64,000 bases of DNA, from the IMG/VR virus record IMGVR_UViG_3300028364_000013. The stretch is one strand, 5' to 3'. The notes beneath the pieces were generated by a model, which saw only the letters and a list, made by a program, of their open reading frames with translations, was not told the DNA's origin and made no database searches. The position numbers and the translations under genes are program-made. This document shows positions 46,763-56,427 of the stretch, one piece after another. This DNA comes from a virus (lineage: Duplodnaviria > Caudoviricetes). How positions within the stretch are numbered: position 1 is the stretch's first letter; each line of letters begins with the position of its first letter.

Positions 46763-47236
46763 GTCGTTTCTTACTTTAGTAAGAACTTCTCCTAACCAAT
46801 TATCCCCTTGCCAATTAGCTTTGTCTTGAATCAATGGATTATCCGCTGACATACCTACACCCCACCGTTTATCATATGGACTCGCTTCGCAAAGCTCTTT
46901 ATCTCCAGTTGCCATAAGCTCTTCTTTCATCTCAGGGTTCTGAGAGAACTTTGCTACGTTAGCATCATAAACTACTTCTTTACACACAGCTACCCACTTG
47001 GTATCATCATAAGGAGTTACCTCTCTACCTAATTTCTTTTGCACTCTTGGATGGTCAGCTTTCATAATCTTTTCAGCAGTAACCTGGTCACCAAAAAGCA
47101 TAGCTTTCTTGTACATCATGTATTGTTCACAGTGCGTGAAGGTTATTCCATCAATAACGAACTTTGACTTAGCCCAATTTGACATTGTACCGCCCCAAAA
47201 GAAAGCGAACTCTTCTTTGTTTGTTTTTGTTTCCAT
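46742..47236 (-). CDS. NADAR (YbiA/DUF1768) family hydrolase
   Basis: EQYMMYKKA, KKLGREV, AKFSQN, EASPYDKRWGVG, GDNWLGEVL. Confidence 0.9.
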   Translation of the reverse strand: METKTNKEEFAFFWGGTMSNWAKSKFVIDGITFTHCEQYMMYKKAMLFGDQVTAEKIMKADHPRVQKKLGREVTPYDDTKWVAVCKEVVYDANVAKFSQNPEMKEELMATGDKELCEASPYDKRWGVGMSADNPLIQDKANWQGDNWLGEVLTKVRNDLREQGK

Positions 47237-47322
47237 AATAAATATTTTATTTACAAATATAGATTTTTTAATTAAATTAAAAAAACTTTCATCTATTTAT
47301 TAGTATAACAAATGCTATACAA

Positions 47323-47469
47323 ATGAAAAATAAAGAAAAAGACGTAGTTTGGCCAATTAGAATGAAGCAAACTTTAAAAGATAAATTTAAAGCTCATTGT
47401 GACAAAAAAGGATACTCAATGAATAAAAGAATGAAGGTGTTAATTGAAAATGATATAAAAGATGCCTAA
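47323..47469 (+). CDS. RHH/Arc-like protein, 48 aa (absent from ORF track)
   Basis: MKNKEKDVVWPIRMKQTLKDKFKAHCDKKGYSMNKRMKVLIENDIKDA; overlaps the HEG start. Confidence 0.7.
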   Translation: MKNKEKDVVWPIRMKQTLKDKFKAHCDKKGYSMNKRMKVLIENDIKDA

Positions 47470-47920
47470 AAAATTAACAACTAAATCTTTTATAAAAAAG
47501 GCTAATAAAATTCATGGAGATAAATATGACTACTCATTAGTTAATTATATTACAAACAAACTAAAGGTTATAATTATTTGTCCAGAGCATGGAGAATTCG
47601 AACAACCTCCACATGGTCACTTAAAAGGATATGGATGCTATGAGTGTGGTAAGAAAATTAGCCGAAAAGTAACAACTTATGAATTTATTGAGAGGTCTAA
47701 AGAGATTCATAACAATAAATTTGATTATTCTTTAACTGAGCTCAATGGTGTTATGAATAAAGTTAAAATAATTTGTCCAAAACATGGAGTTTTTAATCAA
47801 GCTGCTTATGGACACCTCTCTGGTAGAGGTTGTAATACTTGTAAAAGTTCAAACGGAGAAGAAACAAAAAAATATGGATTAAAAAGAAAGATAGATAAAT
47901 TTTATAAAATTATTGAATGA
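47462..47920 (+). pseudogene. Truncated HEG (repeats only, nuclease domain lost)
   Basis: Two CPxHG repeats; diverges after TCKSSNGE, where paralogs begin the nuclease domain. Confidence 0.7.
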
Positions 47921-48611
47921 TTTTCAAATTCTTATTTTCATCAACCTCAAAAACAAATGGCTTATTTGTCATTTTATATCTATGATTTAAAACTGATACA
48001 TTAAAATAATGAATTTCATCTACAAGCTCATGTCCATATGCCTCGTGAATATGACCTGAAACAAAGCATATTGGCTTAATTTCTCTAACTTTTTCAAGTA
48101 GGTCGCTACAACCAGGAGTTGACCCATCCATGCACCTATCTAAAACACCTTGAACTGGGCCATGCGATATTATAATATCTGTCTCAGGCTCAATAAGTTC
48201 CCAATGTTTTTTAATATCTTCTCCACGCTCAGCATTGAATGCCCAATTATAAAAGAGGGGGGTCCAAGGGCTACCAAAAATCTTCAACCCTTCAATAATT
48301 ACTGTTTCGTCTTCAATATAAATTAACTCTTTTTCTTTGCTCAATGTCTTTGCATCTACTAATCCAGCCTCAATAGAAGTGCAGTGATTTCCTGCAATCC
48401 AAATTTTGTGCTTTATATTTGGAACTGATGCGTACCAATCAATAAAATTCAAAACACTCCGAATATTTTGGTGTGGGTTTTTATATGTACCTGCATCTCC
48501 AGCAAATATTGCTATGTCTATACCATCACTTGGTAATGTTAATTCCTGCTCTTTTCCGTGAGTGTCAGAAAATAACACAATCTTAATTGTTTTTTTTATC
48601 CCATTTTCCAT
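47910..48611 (-). CDS. Metallophosphoesterase (calcineurin-like)
   Basis: SDTHG, AGD, AGNH, ISHGP, SGHIHE. Confidence 0.88.
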   Translation of the reverse strand: MENGIKKTIKIVLFSDTHGKEQELTLPSDGIDIAIFAGDAGTYKNPHQNIRSVLNFIDWYASVPNIKHKIWIAGNHCTSIEAGLVDAKTLSKEKELIYIEDETVIIEGLKIFGSPWTPLFYNWAFNAERGEDIKKHWELIEPETDIIISHGPVQGVLDRCMDGSTPGCSDLLEKVREIKPICFVSGHIHEAYGHELVDEIHYFNVSVLNHRYKMTNKPFVFEVDENKNLKIIQ

Positions 48612-48661
48612 TAAACAAATTTACGATTTTTATTTGATAATTAAAAATTTTTATACTATTT

Positions 48662-49750
48662 ATGAATATAAAAATAATCAAAATGAGTAAACGTAAGAAA
48701 AACCTTCATAATATTTATATTTATACACTCAAAGAAAAAGGTGTAGATAAAATAAGGTATATAGGAAAAACTAATAATATAAAAAGAAGACTTCGTGAAC
48801 ACCTAATTGAATCTGTTAAATTAAATAAATCTCACAAACATAAGTGGATTAATTCTGTCTTAAAAAATAGTGGAGAAATAGAAATTAATGTTATTGAGAT
48901 TGTTAATTATAAAAATTGGGAAGAAAGAGAAGTCTATTGGATAAACAAAATTGGTATTTCTAATCTGACAAATTATATTATTGGAGGAAGTGGTGGCAGA
49001 CCTGTTATTGACTATATATCATATGATGATGCTAAAAAGTGGATTTTAGACAACAAAAAAGATGTTGATAAAAAATATAAATGGGATTATTTTTGTAAAG
49101 AAAATGAATTCCCTTATTTTTTACCAAAATGTCCAGAAAAAGTATATAAACAAGAATGGAAGGGGTATGGAGATTTTCTTGGAACTGGAAACAAATCAAA
49201 TAAAGCTATTTCTGAAAATTTTTTAGATTTCAAATCTTCTAAAAAAATAGTATCTAAATTTAATATCAACAATCAAAAAGAATGGATTGTTTTTTGTGCA
49301 TCTGGTAAAAAACCAAAAAACATACCTTCTAATCCTCAGAAAATATATAAAAAAGAATGGAGTGGCTATAAAAACTGGCTCTCAAGTGATAAGTTTTCAA
49401 ATAGAAATAAAATAACTTATGAAGAAGCTAAAAAAATTGCTCATTCTTTAAGATTAAATACATACAAAGAATGGGTGGAATATTTTAAAAACAATAAATT
49501 AGAAAAAATACCTTTTAATCCGCAAAGAACATATAAAGAAAATTGGGAAGGTTGGAAGGTTTGGCTTGGCTCAAAAAGTAGATATATGGATTATGAAAAA
49601 GCAAAAAATATATCACAAAAAATTAATTTAAAAAATAGAGAAGAATGGTTTAAGTATTTTGATGATAATAAATTAATAGACATCCCAAAACATCCACAGT
49701 CAGTTTATTTTGATAAATGGATTAGTTGGAAGGATTGGCTTGGAAAATGA
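48662..49750 (+). CDS. GIY-YIG endonuclease with tandem P..Y..EW.GW repeats
   Basis: YIYTL...YIGKT, EREVYWI; repeated PSNPQKIYKKEW. Confidence 0.82.
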   Translation: MNIKIIKMSKRKKNLHNIYIYTLKEKGVDKIRYIGKTNNIKRRLREHLIESVKLNKSHKHKWINSVLKNSGEIEINVIEIVNYKNWEEREVYWINKIGISNLTNYIIGGSGGRPVIDYISYDDAKKWILDNKKDVDKKYKWDYFCKENEFPYFLPKCPEKVYKQEWKGYGDFLGTGNKSNKAISENFLDFKSSKKIVSKFNINNQKEWIVFCASGKKPKNIPSNPQKIYKKEWSGYKNWLSSDKFSNRNKITYEEAKKIAHSLRLNTYKEWVEYFKNNKLEKIPFNPQRTYKENWEGWKVWLGSKSRYMDYEKAKNISQKINLKNREEWFKYFDDNKLIDIPKHPQSVYFDKWISWKDWLGK

Positions 49751-49756
49751 TTAATT

Positions 49757-50227
49757 TTATGCTAAAAGATAATGCCCAGCTCCTGGTTTTATTTTCTCCA
49801 ATTGTCTATAGGCACTTGATGAAATGTGAATATACATTGGGTCACATGGAATCATTATTATATTCATTTCAGGAAACTGGTCCCAACAGAAATGACTGCT
49901 ATTATATTCATAATCGAAATCATGCCCATTTCTAAGGCCACGAATAACAACAACTCTTTTGCCAGTTTCTTCCATTTTTTCCCTGACATATTCTGTCAAG
50001 AAACCTTCATAACCCTCCACCGTTGCAGATGGCAATTGATTCCTTACAGTTTCAACTCTGCTATATTTATTAACATCTAAATAATTAGGTGTTTTATCTG
50101 GATTGACTCCAATAGCAATAATTACATTGCCTTCTCCAAAAATTCTCTCAGCTTTTTCTAAGATATTTTGATGCCCCACCGTAAATGGATTAAAGCTTCC
50201 TGGATATATTGCTATTGTGCCCTCCAT
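49757..50227 (-). CDS. coaD: Phosphopantetheine adenylyltransferase-like (HxGH)
   Basis: AIYPGSFNPFTVGH, IRGLRN..DF.YE, ISSS; start moved to MEGTI (50227). Confidence 0.8.
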   Translation of the reverse strand: MEGTIAIYPGSFNPFTVGHQNILEKAERIFGEGNVIIAIGVNPDKTPNYLDVNKYSRVETVRNQLPSATVEGYEGFLTEYVREKMEETGKRVVVIRGLRNGHDFDYEYNSSHFCWDQFPEMNIIMIPCDPMYIHISSSAYRQLEKIKPGAGHYLLA

Positions 50228-50228
50228 C

Positions 50229-50978
50229 TTATTTCTTGTTCTTATTCTTTCCATAAAGAATTCCATCACAACAACCATAAGTTTTAGCTTCTTTGGCAGT
50301 CATCCAATGGTCACGGTCACAATCAGCATAAACTTTGTCATACTTTTGACCTGTGTGGTGAGCAATGATTTCATAAAGCTCAACTTTAAGCTTTTGAATT
50401 TCTCTTGCAGTGATTTCAATGTCAGAAGCTTGTCCTGATGCTCCACCAAGCGGTTGGTGCTGCATGAATCTTGCGTGAGGAAGTGAATATCTCTTTCCAG
50501 GTTCTCCAGCACACGCAAGAACGTAAGCCATTGAAGCTGCGATTCCAGTATTAACTGTTACGATGTCTGGTTCAACAAAATTCATTACATCATAAATCCC
50601 AAGACCAGCATACACGCTTCCTCCTGGAGAGTTTACATAAATTGTAATATCTTTTCTTGCATCAACTGATTCTAAGAACAATAGTTGAGCATTGATAATG
50701 TTAGCTACCATGTCATCAATTCCTGTTCCTAAGAAGATGATTCTGTCCATCATTAACCTTGAGAATACATCCATTGCTACAGCGTTCATTTGACGTTCCT
50801 CAATAATGTTAGGAGTCATGCTGGTAGGCATAATAATCCCACCTGGGAGGTTTGTAGCTTTAGAAGTAATTTCCAAAGGGTTCTTGTTAATGATTGTTGT
50901 GTACTTGTCAAAAGTAGTGCTTGATACACCATGGTCTCTTGCAAATAACTTAAAGTCTTTTAAATCTTTTTCGTTCAT
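50229..50978 (-). CDS. clpP: ATP-dependent Clp protease proteolytic subunit
   Basis: DVFSRL..DRIIFL, YVNSPGG, AASMA (Ser), HQPLGG (His), DRD. Confidence 0.95.
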   Translation of the reverse strand: MNEKDLKDFKLFARDHGVSSTTFDKYTTIINKNPLEITSKATNLPGGIIMPTSMTPNIIEERQMNAVAMDVFSRLMMDRIIFLGTGIDDMVANIINAQLLFLESVDARKDITIYVNSPGGSVYAGLGIYDVMNFVEPDIVTVNTGIAASMAYVLACAGEPGKRYSLPHARFMQHQPLGGASGQASDIEITAREIQKLKVELYEIIAHHTGQKYDKVYADCDRDHWMTAKEAKTYGCCDGILYGKNKNKK

Positions 50979-51052
50979 TTTGTCTATTTATTAATTATCT
51001 CTATGCAAATGTATCATTATTCAATGACACTTACAAATTTATTTATTAAAAA

Positions 51053-51775
51053 TTAAATTTTAGTAAAATTAGGTTCAGTATATCCAATTGACTTCATAAC
51101 TTTATTATCTTTATCTCTTTTAATAATCCAATATTCTCCTACTTTCTCATAATAGCAATCTATTACGCTACCCATCTTATTGGGATGTGTTCCAAGAATA
51201 TATGCCTCAACAGAATCTTTAGCTTCTTGCTCTGTTTTACAAAACTTTGAGAAATTTGAGTTCATTACTTCTTCAAAGTCTTCGTTAAACTTTTCTTTAA
51301 TTCCAGCAAAGTGAATTAAGTTTCCCATAACGACTCTCATATCAGCACACGCATCTCTAAACTCATCTAAGTCGCCTTCTTCTTTTTTGTTATCACTATT
51401 TTTAAGATTTAAAAGCGCTTCCTGAAATGTTTTTACTGATGTCGTTAAAAACTCTTTGAAGTCTATATATGAAGCAGCCTCTGCCGCTTCAGTCAACTCT
51501 TCTAAAACTAAACCAAGTGCAAGCTGTAACTTATCACTATCTGGAAATTGTGGTTTTTCAGGAGATTCTACCCCAGCCAATGTAAGCCAGTCTGAAATTC
51601 TTTTTTGTTCATTCATCTTCTTTTTTTTATAAATTTCTACTAATTCTGGGTCTAATTTAAACTCATTCCCTTCTAGCTCCACTATCAACATTCCATCTTG
51701 TTTTATGCTGACAACTTTAACACCCATAGATTGGTCACCAATATCACAAACCCAGTCTCCTTTTTTAAATTTCAT
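51053..51775 (-). CDS. MazG-like/PRA-PH nucleotide pyrophosphohydrolase with SH3-like N-terminus
   Basis: LEELTEA, DACAD, EVMNSNFSK, KVMKS. Confidence 0.7.
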   Translation of the reverse strand: MKFKKGDWVCDIGDQSMGVKVVSIKQDGMLIVELEGNEFKLDPELVEIYKKKKMNEQKRISDWLTLAGVESPEKPQFPDSDKLQLALGLVLEELTEAAEAASYIDFKEFLTTSVKTFQEALLNLKNSDNKKEEGDLDEFRDACADMRVVMGNLIHFAGIKEKFNEDFEEVMNSNFSKFCKTEQEAKDSVEAYILGTHPNKMGSVIDCYYEKVGEYWIIKRDKDNKVMKSIGYTEPNFTKI

Positions 51776-52040
51776 TTTTTTCTAAATTGTAATTATTATG
51801 TTTTACATGAAACTTTGCTGCTTCATATTTCTTTAATTCGAGCCATTGGTCAAATGGAATTTTCAAAGTCTTAATCTTGCCTATGTCATTTCTATAGTCA
51901 TTCTTAAACATCATTTGAGCAACTCTCATGTCAACAAGAAAATCTAACTGAATGAAATTAAATGGCTCACTTTCTTTTTCAATTTTTTCTTTCCATTTTT
52001 CAACCTCTTTGTTGACTGGATTCATTTTCATATTTATCAT
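51765..52040 (-). CDS. Hypothetical protein
   Basis: 91 aa. Confidence 0.55.
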   Translation of the reverse strand: MINMKMNPVNKEVEKWKEKIEKESEPFNFIQLDFLVDMRVAQMMFKNDYRNDIGKIKTLKIPFDQWLELKKYEAAKFHVKHNNYNLEKNEI

Positions 52041-52876
52041 ACTCCCATTTTTTCTTCTATTACAAAACTTGTCCCTTGAATTATCAAAGAAGTAGATGCC
52101 ATAGTTGGATTCATTTGATTGATTCTCTCAATTGTATCTTGACCATGATGATAAGTATACAAATTACTAAACTTATCTAACACTGGAACCAGCAAGTCGA
52201 AATGTGTATGTGGATTTTGCTCATGAACCAAAGATGTCATATCGTGAAATATAAACACATTTTCTGGTTTATCATAAACAAAAGAATAATCCTCTGGGCT
52301 CATTAGATTTATAATCGGAATGTTTATATCTCCACTATAAATTAAAACAGCATAATCATCTCCAGTAGAAAAATGAAAAAGCAGCCCTGAGTTAGGAAAA
52401 TTATCAACTGGCCAGTGGTTATTTGAAGTATCTATCTTTGTGATGCTAATAGCTTCATCTTCAATATAAACATTGTCTACATTAATTGTATACTGCTCTT
52501 CTGGGTGTCCAGTTATCTTAAGATATTGCTTTAAATAAACAGCAACAGCTGGAGAACACTCGATTGCTGTAACAAGATTATGAACATAATACCTATCATA
52601 AATTAATGTTGACAACCCTGAAATATGGTCAGAATGTGTATGAGTAATAAACACTCTATCTATCTCTTTGGTCATTTTCTTTTTTTTCAAATACACATAG
52701 GAAGTATATCCACAATCAATTAAAAATATTTTACCTAATTGTGTTTCAAAAATAGCGCTTGACTCACCTTCTTCTACATCAAAAGCTCCTCCAATTCCAA
52801 GGAACTTTATATCTAAAAGCTTCTTTCCTTTCGTTTTGTTTAAATAATAATCAGTTCCTTTTTTAATATCAAACAT
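52037..52876 (-). CDS. Metallo-beta-lactamase-fold hydrolase (RNase Z-like)
   Basis: FLGIGGAF, LIDCG, THTHSDH, YSGD, HTHF. Confidence 0.8.
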   Translation of the reverse strand: MFDIKKGTDYYLNKTKGKKLLDIKFLGIGGAFDVEEGESSAIFETQLGKIFLIDCGYTSYVYLKKKKMTKEIDRVFITHTHSDHISGLSTLIYDRYYVHNLVTAIECSPAVAVYLKQYLKITGHPEEQYTINVDNVYIEDEAISITKIDTSNNHWPVDNFPNSGLLFHFSTGDDYAVLIYSGDINIPIINLMSPEDYSFVYDKPENVFIFHDMTSLVHEQNPHTHFDLLVPVLDKFSNLYTYHHGQDTIERINQMNPTMASTSLIIQGTSFVIEEKMGV

Positions 52877-52969
52877 TTGTTTTTTTTTAATTCATAGCAA
52901 ATTTAATAATTAATTATTGATTTTGCAAAAAATTTTATATTTATTAATATACTCACGAAAACCATATAA

Positions 52970-53881
52970 ATGAAAACCTTACAAACCAATATTACTTATA
53001 TATATAACCTATCAAGCTCTGATGAGCCAAATAATGTTAGATACATAGGGAAATCAGATACTCCAAATATAAGAATAAAAAAACATATACAAGAATCAAA
53101 GAGACTTAATTCAACCCACAAACACAGGTGGATTAATAAAAAGATTTCACAAGGATATGAAATTAAGATTAATATTTTAAAAATAGTAAACAAAATGTTT
53201 TGGAAAAATGCTGAAATATTTTTCATAAATTCATTTCAAGATTATGATTTAACAAACTTTGCAAAAGGAGGAAATGGTGGATGTCCAAGCAAGTACACCT
53301 ACTCATATAGTGATACTAAAAATTGGATTAAAAAAAATATAAACGCAAATAGCAGTAGAGAATGGTTTAAATTAACTAAAGAAAATAAAATACCCGACTT
53401 TATTCCAAATGCACCACAAGATGTTTACAATAAAGAGTGGATTAGTTGGAATGACTTTTTAGACTCTAATAACAAGAAACCATCAGATTATAAATATATT
53501 ACATTAAATGAATCTAAAAAATATGTTAATGAAAATTTTAAAGTTAAATCTAAATTAGAATGGAGAGACTTAGTTTTGAGTGGAAAAATACCAGAATCAA
53601 TACCAAGCAGACCAGAAAGATATTACAAAAATAGAGGTTGGACATCTTGGGGTGATTTTTTTGGAACTGATAATAAAGGAACTCATAACGTAGAATATCT
53701 AAATTATAATGATGCAAAAAAATATGTTCAAAACAATTTTAAAAATATAAAAACAGAAAAGCTTTGGAGAGAATTAGTCAAAAACAAATTAATACCAAGT
53801 TTTATCCCAGGAACACCGCAGAGATATTACAATAAAAAGGGGTGGATTAATTGGTATGATTGGTTTGGAAAATCATTCTGA
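52970..53881 (+). CDS. GIY-YIG endonuclease, paralog of 48662-49750
   Basis: YIYNL...YIGKS; repeated P..P..YY...GW..W.DF. Confidence 0.82.
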   Translation: MKTLQTNITYIYNLSSSDEPNNVRYIGKSDTPNIRIKKHIQESKRLNSTHKHRWINKKISQGYEIKINILKIVNKMFWKNAEIFFINSFQDYDLTNFAKGGNGGCPSKYTYSYSDTKNWIKKNINANSSREWFKLTKENKIPDFIPNAPQDVYNKEWISWNDFLDSNNKKPSDYKYITLNESKKYVNENFKVKSKLEWRDLVLSGKIPESIPSRPERYYKNRGWTSWGDFFGTDNKGTHNVEYLNYNDAKKYVQNNFKNIKTEKLWRELVKNKLIPSFIPGTPQRYYNKKGWINWYDWFGKSF

Positions 53882-54025
53882 CCACCATTTTATTTTTGGC
53901 CTTATGTGTAATCTATGATGATTAATAGAGCTCAAAACTCTTATGAAATGACTAAGTTTATATTTTGGATTACCACTATATTTAACTTTATACTCTTCAT
54001 ATAAATCTGAAAGACTTTTTTTCAT
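53873..54025 (-). CDS. Small ORF, 50 aa
   Basis: MKKSLSDLYEEYKVKYSGNPKYKLSHF..., directly after argS. Confidence 0.4.
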   Translation of the reverse strand: MKKSLSDLYEEYKVKYSGNPKYKLSHFIRVLSSINHHRLHIRPKIKWWSE

Positions 54026-54029
54026 AATA

Positions 54030-55244
54030 TTATACCTTATCTACCAAAAACAACCCAAGTTTCTTCATCCCCAACTCTAAATCCTCTTTCAAAGTGCTGA
54101 ACATCACTTCGTTTTCTGGATTTCCTTTAATTGTATGTTTAGAATACAAGCTATTAATAAATTTACAATGGTCAACAAGACCTAAGAACAAAATATTAGG
54201 CTGAAGGTTAATCATTGATTTCATATACTTAAACTGAAGGTCAGTACTGTTAAATGTGTCTGTCTTCATTCCTCGAACTCCTGCAGAAGTTAATCGTGCA
54301 AGTGTGTATGATAAATAAAGCCCTGGAGAATTCTTTGGATTATCAAGCATCTTCATGTTAATATTCTTATCCTTGGTTGGGTCAATTTTAATAATAAACC
54401 CAGCAAGCACATTGTACACAAGCTCCCAATCATTATTAAACTTCTCAAGACAATCTTCTATGATGTCTGAAAAATAAATAACATTCCCATCTCGACTGGA
54501 CATTTTTGCTCCAGTAACTTTAACAAGACCAAGACCAATGTGATTTGTGGTTGGATGAAACTTCTTAAGAGTTCCAAAATGATTATTTTGCTCATGACCA
54601 GTTAAATACAAAGTAGGGGCATTAAGCTTTTTGGCCAATGCCATATCTTGATAGAAGTAACTTGTTGAGCCATCGCTCTTAACTCCTACAATCTTTTCCT
54701 CTCCAGTATCAAATACCTTGGTTCCTTCATATTTACCTTCTCCGCCCTTCAATAGGTCTCCAGTATATTTCATGTTAGATGCATAGAATACATCGCTTAC
54801 ATCAAGACCAAATGTCTCACAGTACGTTTCATACATATTATACGCTTCATGCTTCTCAACTTTACCTTCAAGCGTATCTCCAAGAATAGAAATAAACTTC
54901 TCGCCAACTTCCATATTTTGAAATGTCTTAGCAAGAATAAAATTGGACATGTGACCAACGTGAAGATGTTTATTTAGATTTGGACTGAATCCATCAACGT
55001 ATTTATATTGACTAAATTTCTCAAAGCATTCTGAAATATCAAAGTTCTTTGGCACCAGAATGTTTGTGTAAGGTTTTGAGTCCTCCAATCGAAAACCCCA
55101 AGAATTAGCCCATTCAACTATTTCTTGACTTGCTTCTCCATATACACATAATCCAAATGAACCATCTTTGGATGGAGTAGTTCGAATATCATTTATGTTA
55201 ATCTTTTTCATATTATTTATCTCTTTCGTGAATTGGTATTTCAC
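54030..55244 (-). CDS. argS: Compact arginyl-tRNA synthetase-like protein
   Basis: SPNLNKHLHVGH (HIGH), KSDGS..Y, KMSSRDGN (KMSKS), LYLSYTLARL. Confidence 0.8.
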   Translation of the reverse strand: MKYQFTKEINNMKKININDIRTTPSKDGSFGLCVYGEASQEIVEWANSWGFRLEDSKPYTNILVPKNFDISECFEKFSQYKYVDGFSPNLNKHLHVGHMSNFILAKTFQNMEVGEKFISILGDTLEGKVEKHEAYNMYETYCETFGLDVSDVFYASNMKYTGDLLKGGEGKYEGTKVFDTGEEKIVGVKSDGSTSYFYQDMALAKKLNAPTLYLTGHEQNNHFGTLKKFHPTTNHIGLGLVKVTGAKMSSRDGNVIYFSDIIEDCLEKFNNDWELVYNVLAGFIIKIDPTKDKNINMKMLDNPKNSPGLYLSYTLARLTSAGVRGMKTDTFNSTDLQFKYMKSMINLQPNILFLGLVDHCKFINSLYSKHTIKGNPENEVMFSTLKEDLELGMKKLGLFLVDKV

Positions 55245-55842
55245 CTAAATTTAACTTATCATTTTGAGCTAATTCTATTAAATACTTAGATTGCTCCTCA
55301 TACATTCCCATGCACTTGGTTCCATACTGCTTTGGGTATTCATAATCCTCTTCAAATCTTGGGTAGAAATTCAAAGCTGTTCCTATTGTCATGTGAAGAC
55401 CAAAGTAAGGCCTTGCATTCAATCCAAGCTCCTCTCTAATTGATTGCAACTCATCCCTATATTCATAAGGAACAGTTAGCCACCAGTTAAGATAGTCATG
55501 TTTTCTATTCTTAATTCCCAAGAATGGGTCAACGTGAACAACGACATCAATTCTTTTTCCATCCCACTTCTTCTTAACTTTCTCCCAGTCTCCATTCATA
55601 TCAGAAGCTCTATCATTTACAAAAGTGACATGAGCATCTCTTAAAGGGCTCTGAAGAGGAAGGTTGTAGCGTTTCTTGATGAACCAAGCGTAATAATCTG
55701 AAATACCTTTCTCATTCATACCAAGGTCTGGCTCAAGCATAACCATGGCAGTCTTCTTCCACTCACCTTGCCTTGATTGCTTGGATGTCATCTCCTTTGG
55801 GTCGAATAATATTGTACCTGTTATTTTAATTACGTTTTCCAT
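55213..55842 (-). CDS. Putative 2H phosphoesterase
   Basis: Two HxT motifs, AHVTF and LHMTIG, about 80 residues apart. Confidence 0.6.
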   Translation of the reverse strand: MENVIKITGTILFDPKEMTSKQSRQGEWKKTAMVMLEPDLGMNEKGISDYYAWFIKKRYNLPLQSPLRDAHVTFVNDRASDMNGDWEKVKKKWDGKRIDVVVHVDPFLGIKNRKHDYLNWWLTVPYEYRDELQSIREELGLNARPYFGLHMTIGTALNFYPRFEEDYEYPKQYGTKCMGMYEEQSKYLIELAQNDKLNLGEIPIHERDK

Positions 55843-55873
55843 TTCTGAAATATAAATATTTAATTTTTAAAAA

Positions 55874-55903
55874 CAAAAAAGGGCCCGATTTACGAGCCCT
55901 TTA
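55874..55903. terminator. Putative intrinsic terminator
   Basis: AAAGGGC...GCCCTTT hairpin. Confidence 0.45.
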
Positions 55904-55933
55904 TATACCTTGAATCCAGTGGGTAGAGATATG

Positions 55934-56425
55934 TTAGACTTTCTTGTGAATTGTCCAGATACCTCTACCTTCTGTATTAAAAGTGGTATAATCACTCTCA
56001 TATTTTAAAATTATTCCAGTTTTAAGAGTAAAGCTCATTGTGAAATCTTCTCCTGTTACTGTAAAAACAGCGCAATCAGCAACTGGAGCAACTTCTATGT
56101 TTTTTACAACTGTTGTGTCGCCATTGAATACCATTTCGCCTCCAATATATTCTGGAGTATCAAATATAATACAACTTAACCCAGCAATCTTCCTTCCATT
56201 AGAAAGGGTTACAGTTTCATCATCTGTACAAACCCTTGTTTCAATATCGTACCCTGAAATGTCGCAAGCCCCTACTAAGTAAGGTAGCGTTCCTTCTGAA
56301 GTATAAGTATCAGTACCAGTTGATTGATATACTGTCCAAGTTATTGTTGAATCTGTTTTAGATGCGCTTTGAGCATCAGTGTTTGCTGACATAATCAGCG
56401 CAAGCAATAGTAAAAGTGTTTTCAT
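55934..56425 (-). CDS. Secreted hypothetical protein
   Basis: Signal peptide MKTLLLLLALIMSANTDA. Confidence 0.6.
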   Translation of the reverse strand: MKTLLLLLALIMSANTDAQSASKTDSTITWTVYQSTGTDTYTSEGTLPYLVGACDISGYDIETRVCTDDETVTLSNGRKIAGLSCIIFDTPEYIGGEMVFNGDTTVVKNIEVAPVADCAVFTVTGEDFTMSFTLKTGIILKYESDYTTFNTEGRGIWTIHKKV

Positions 56426-56427
56426 AA

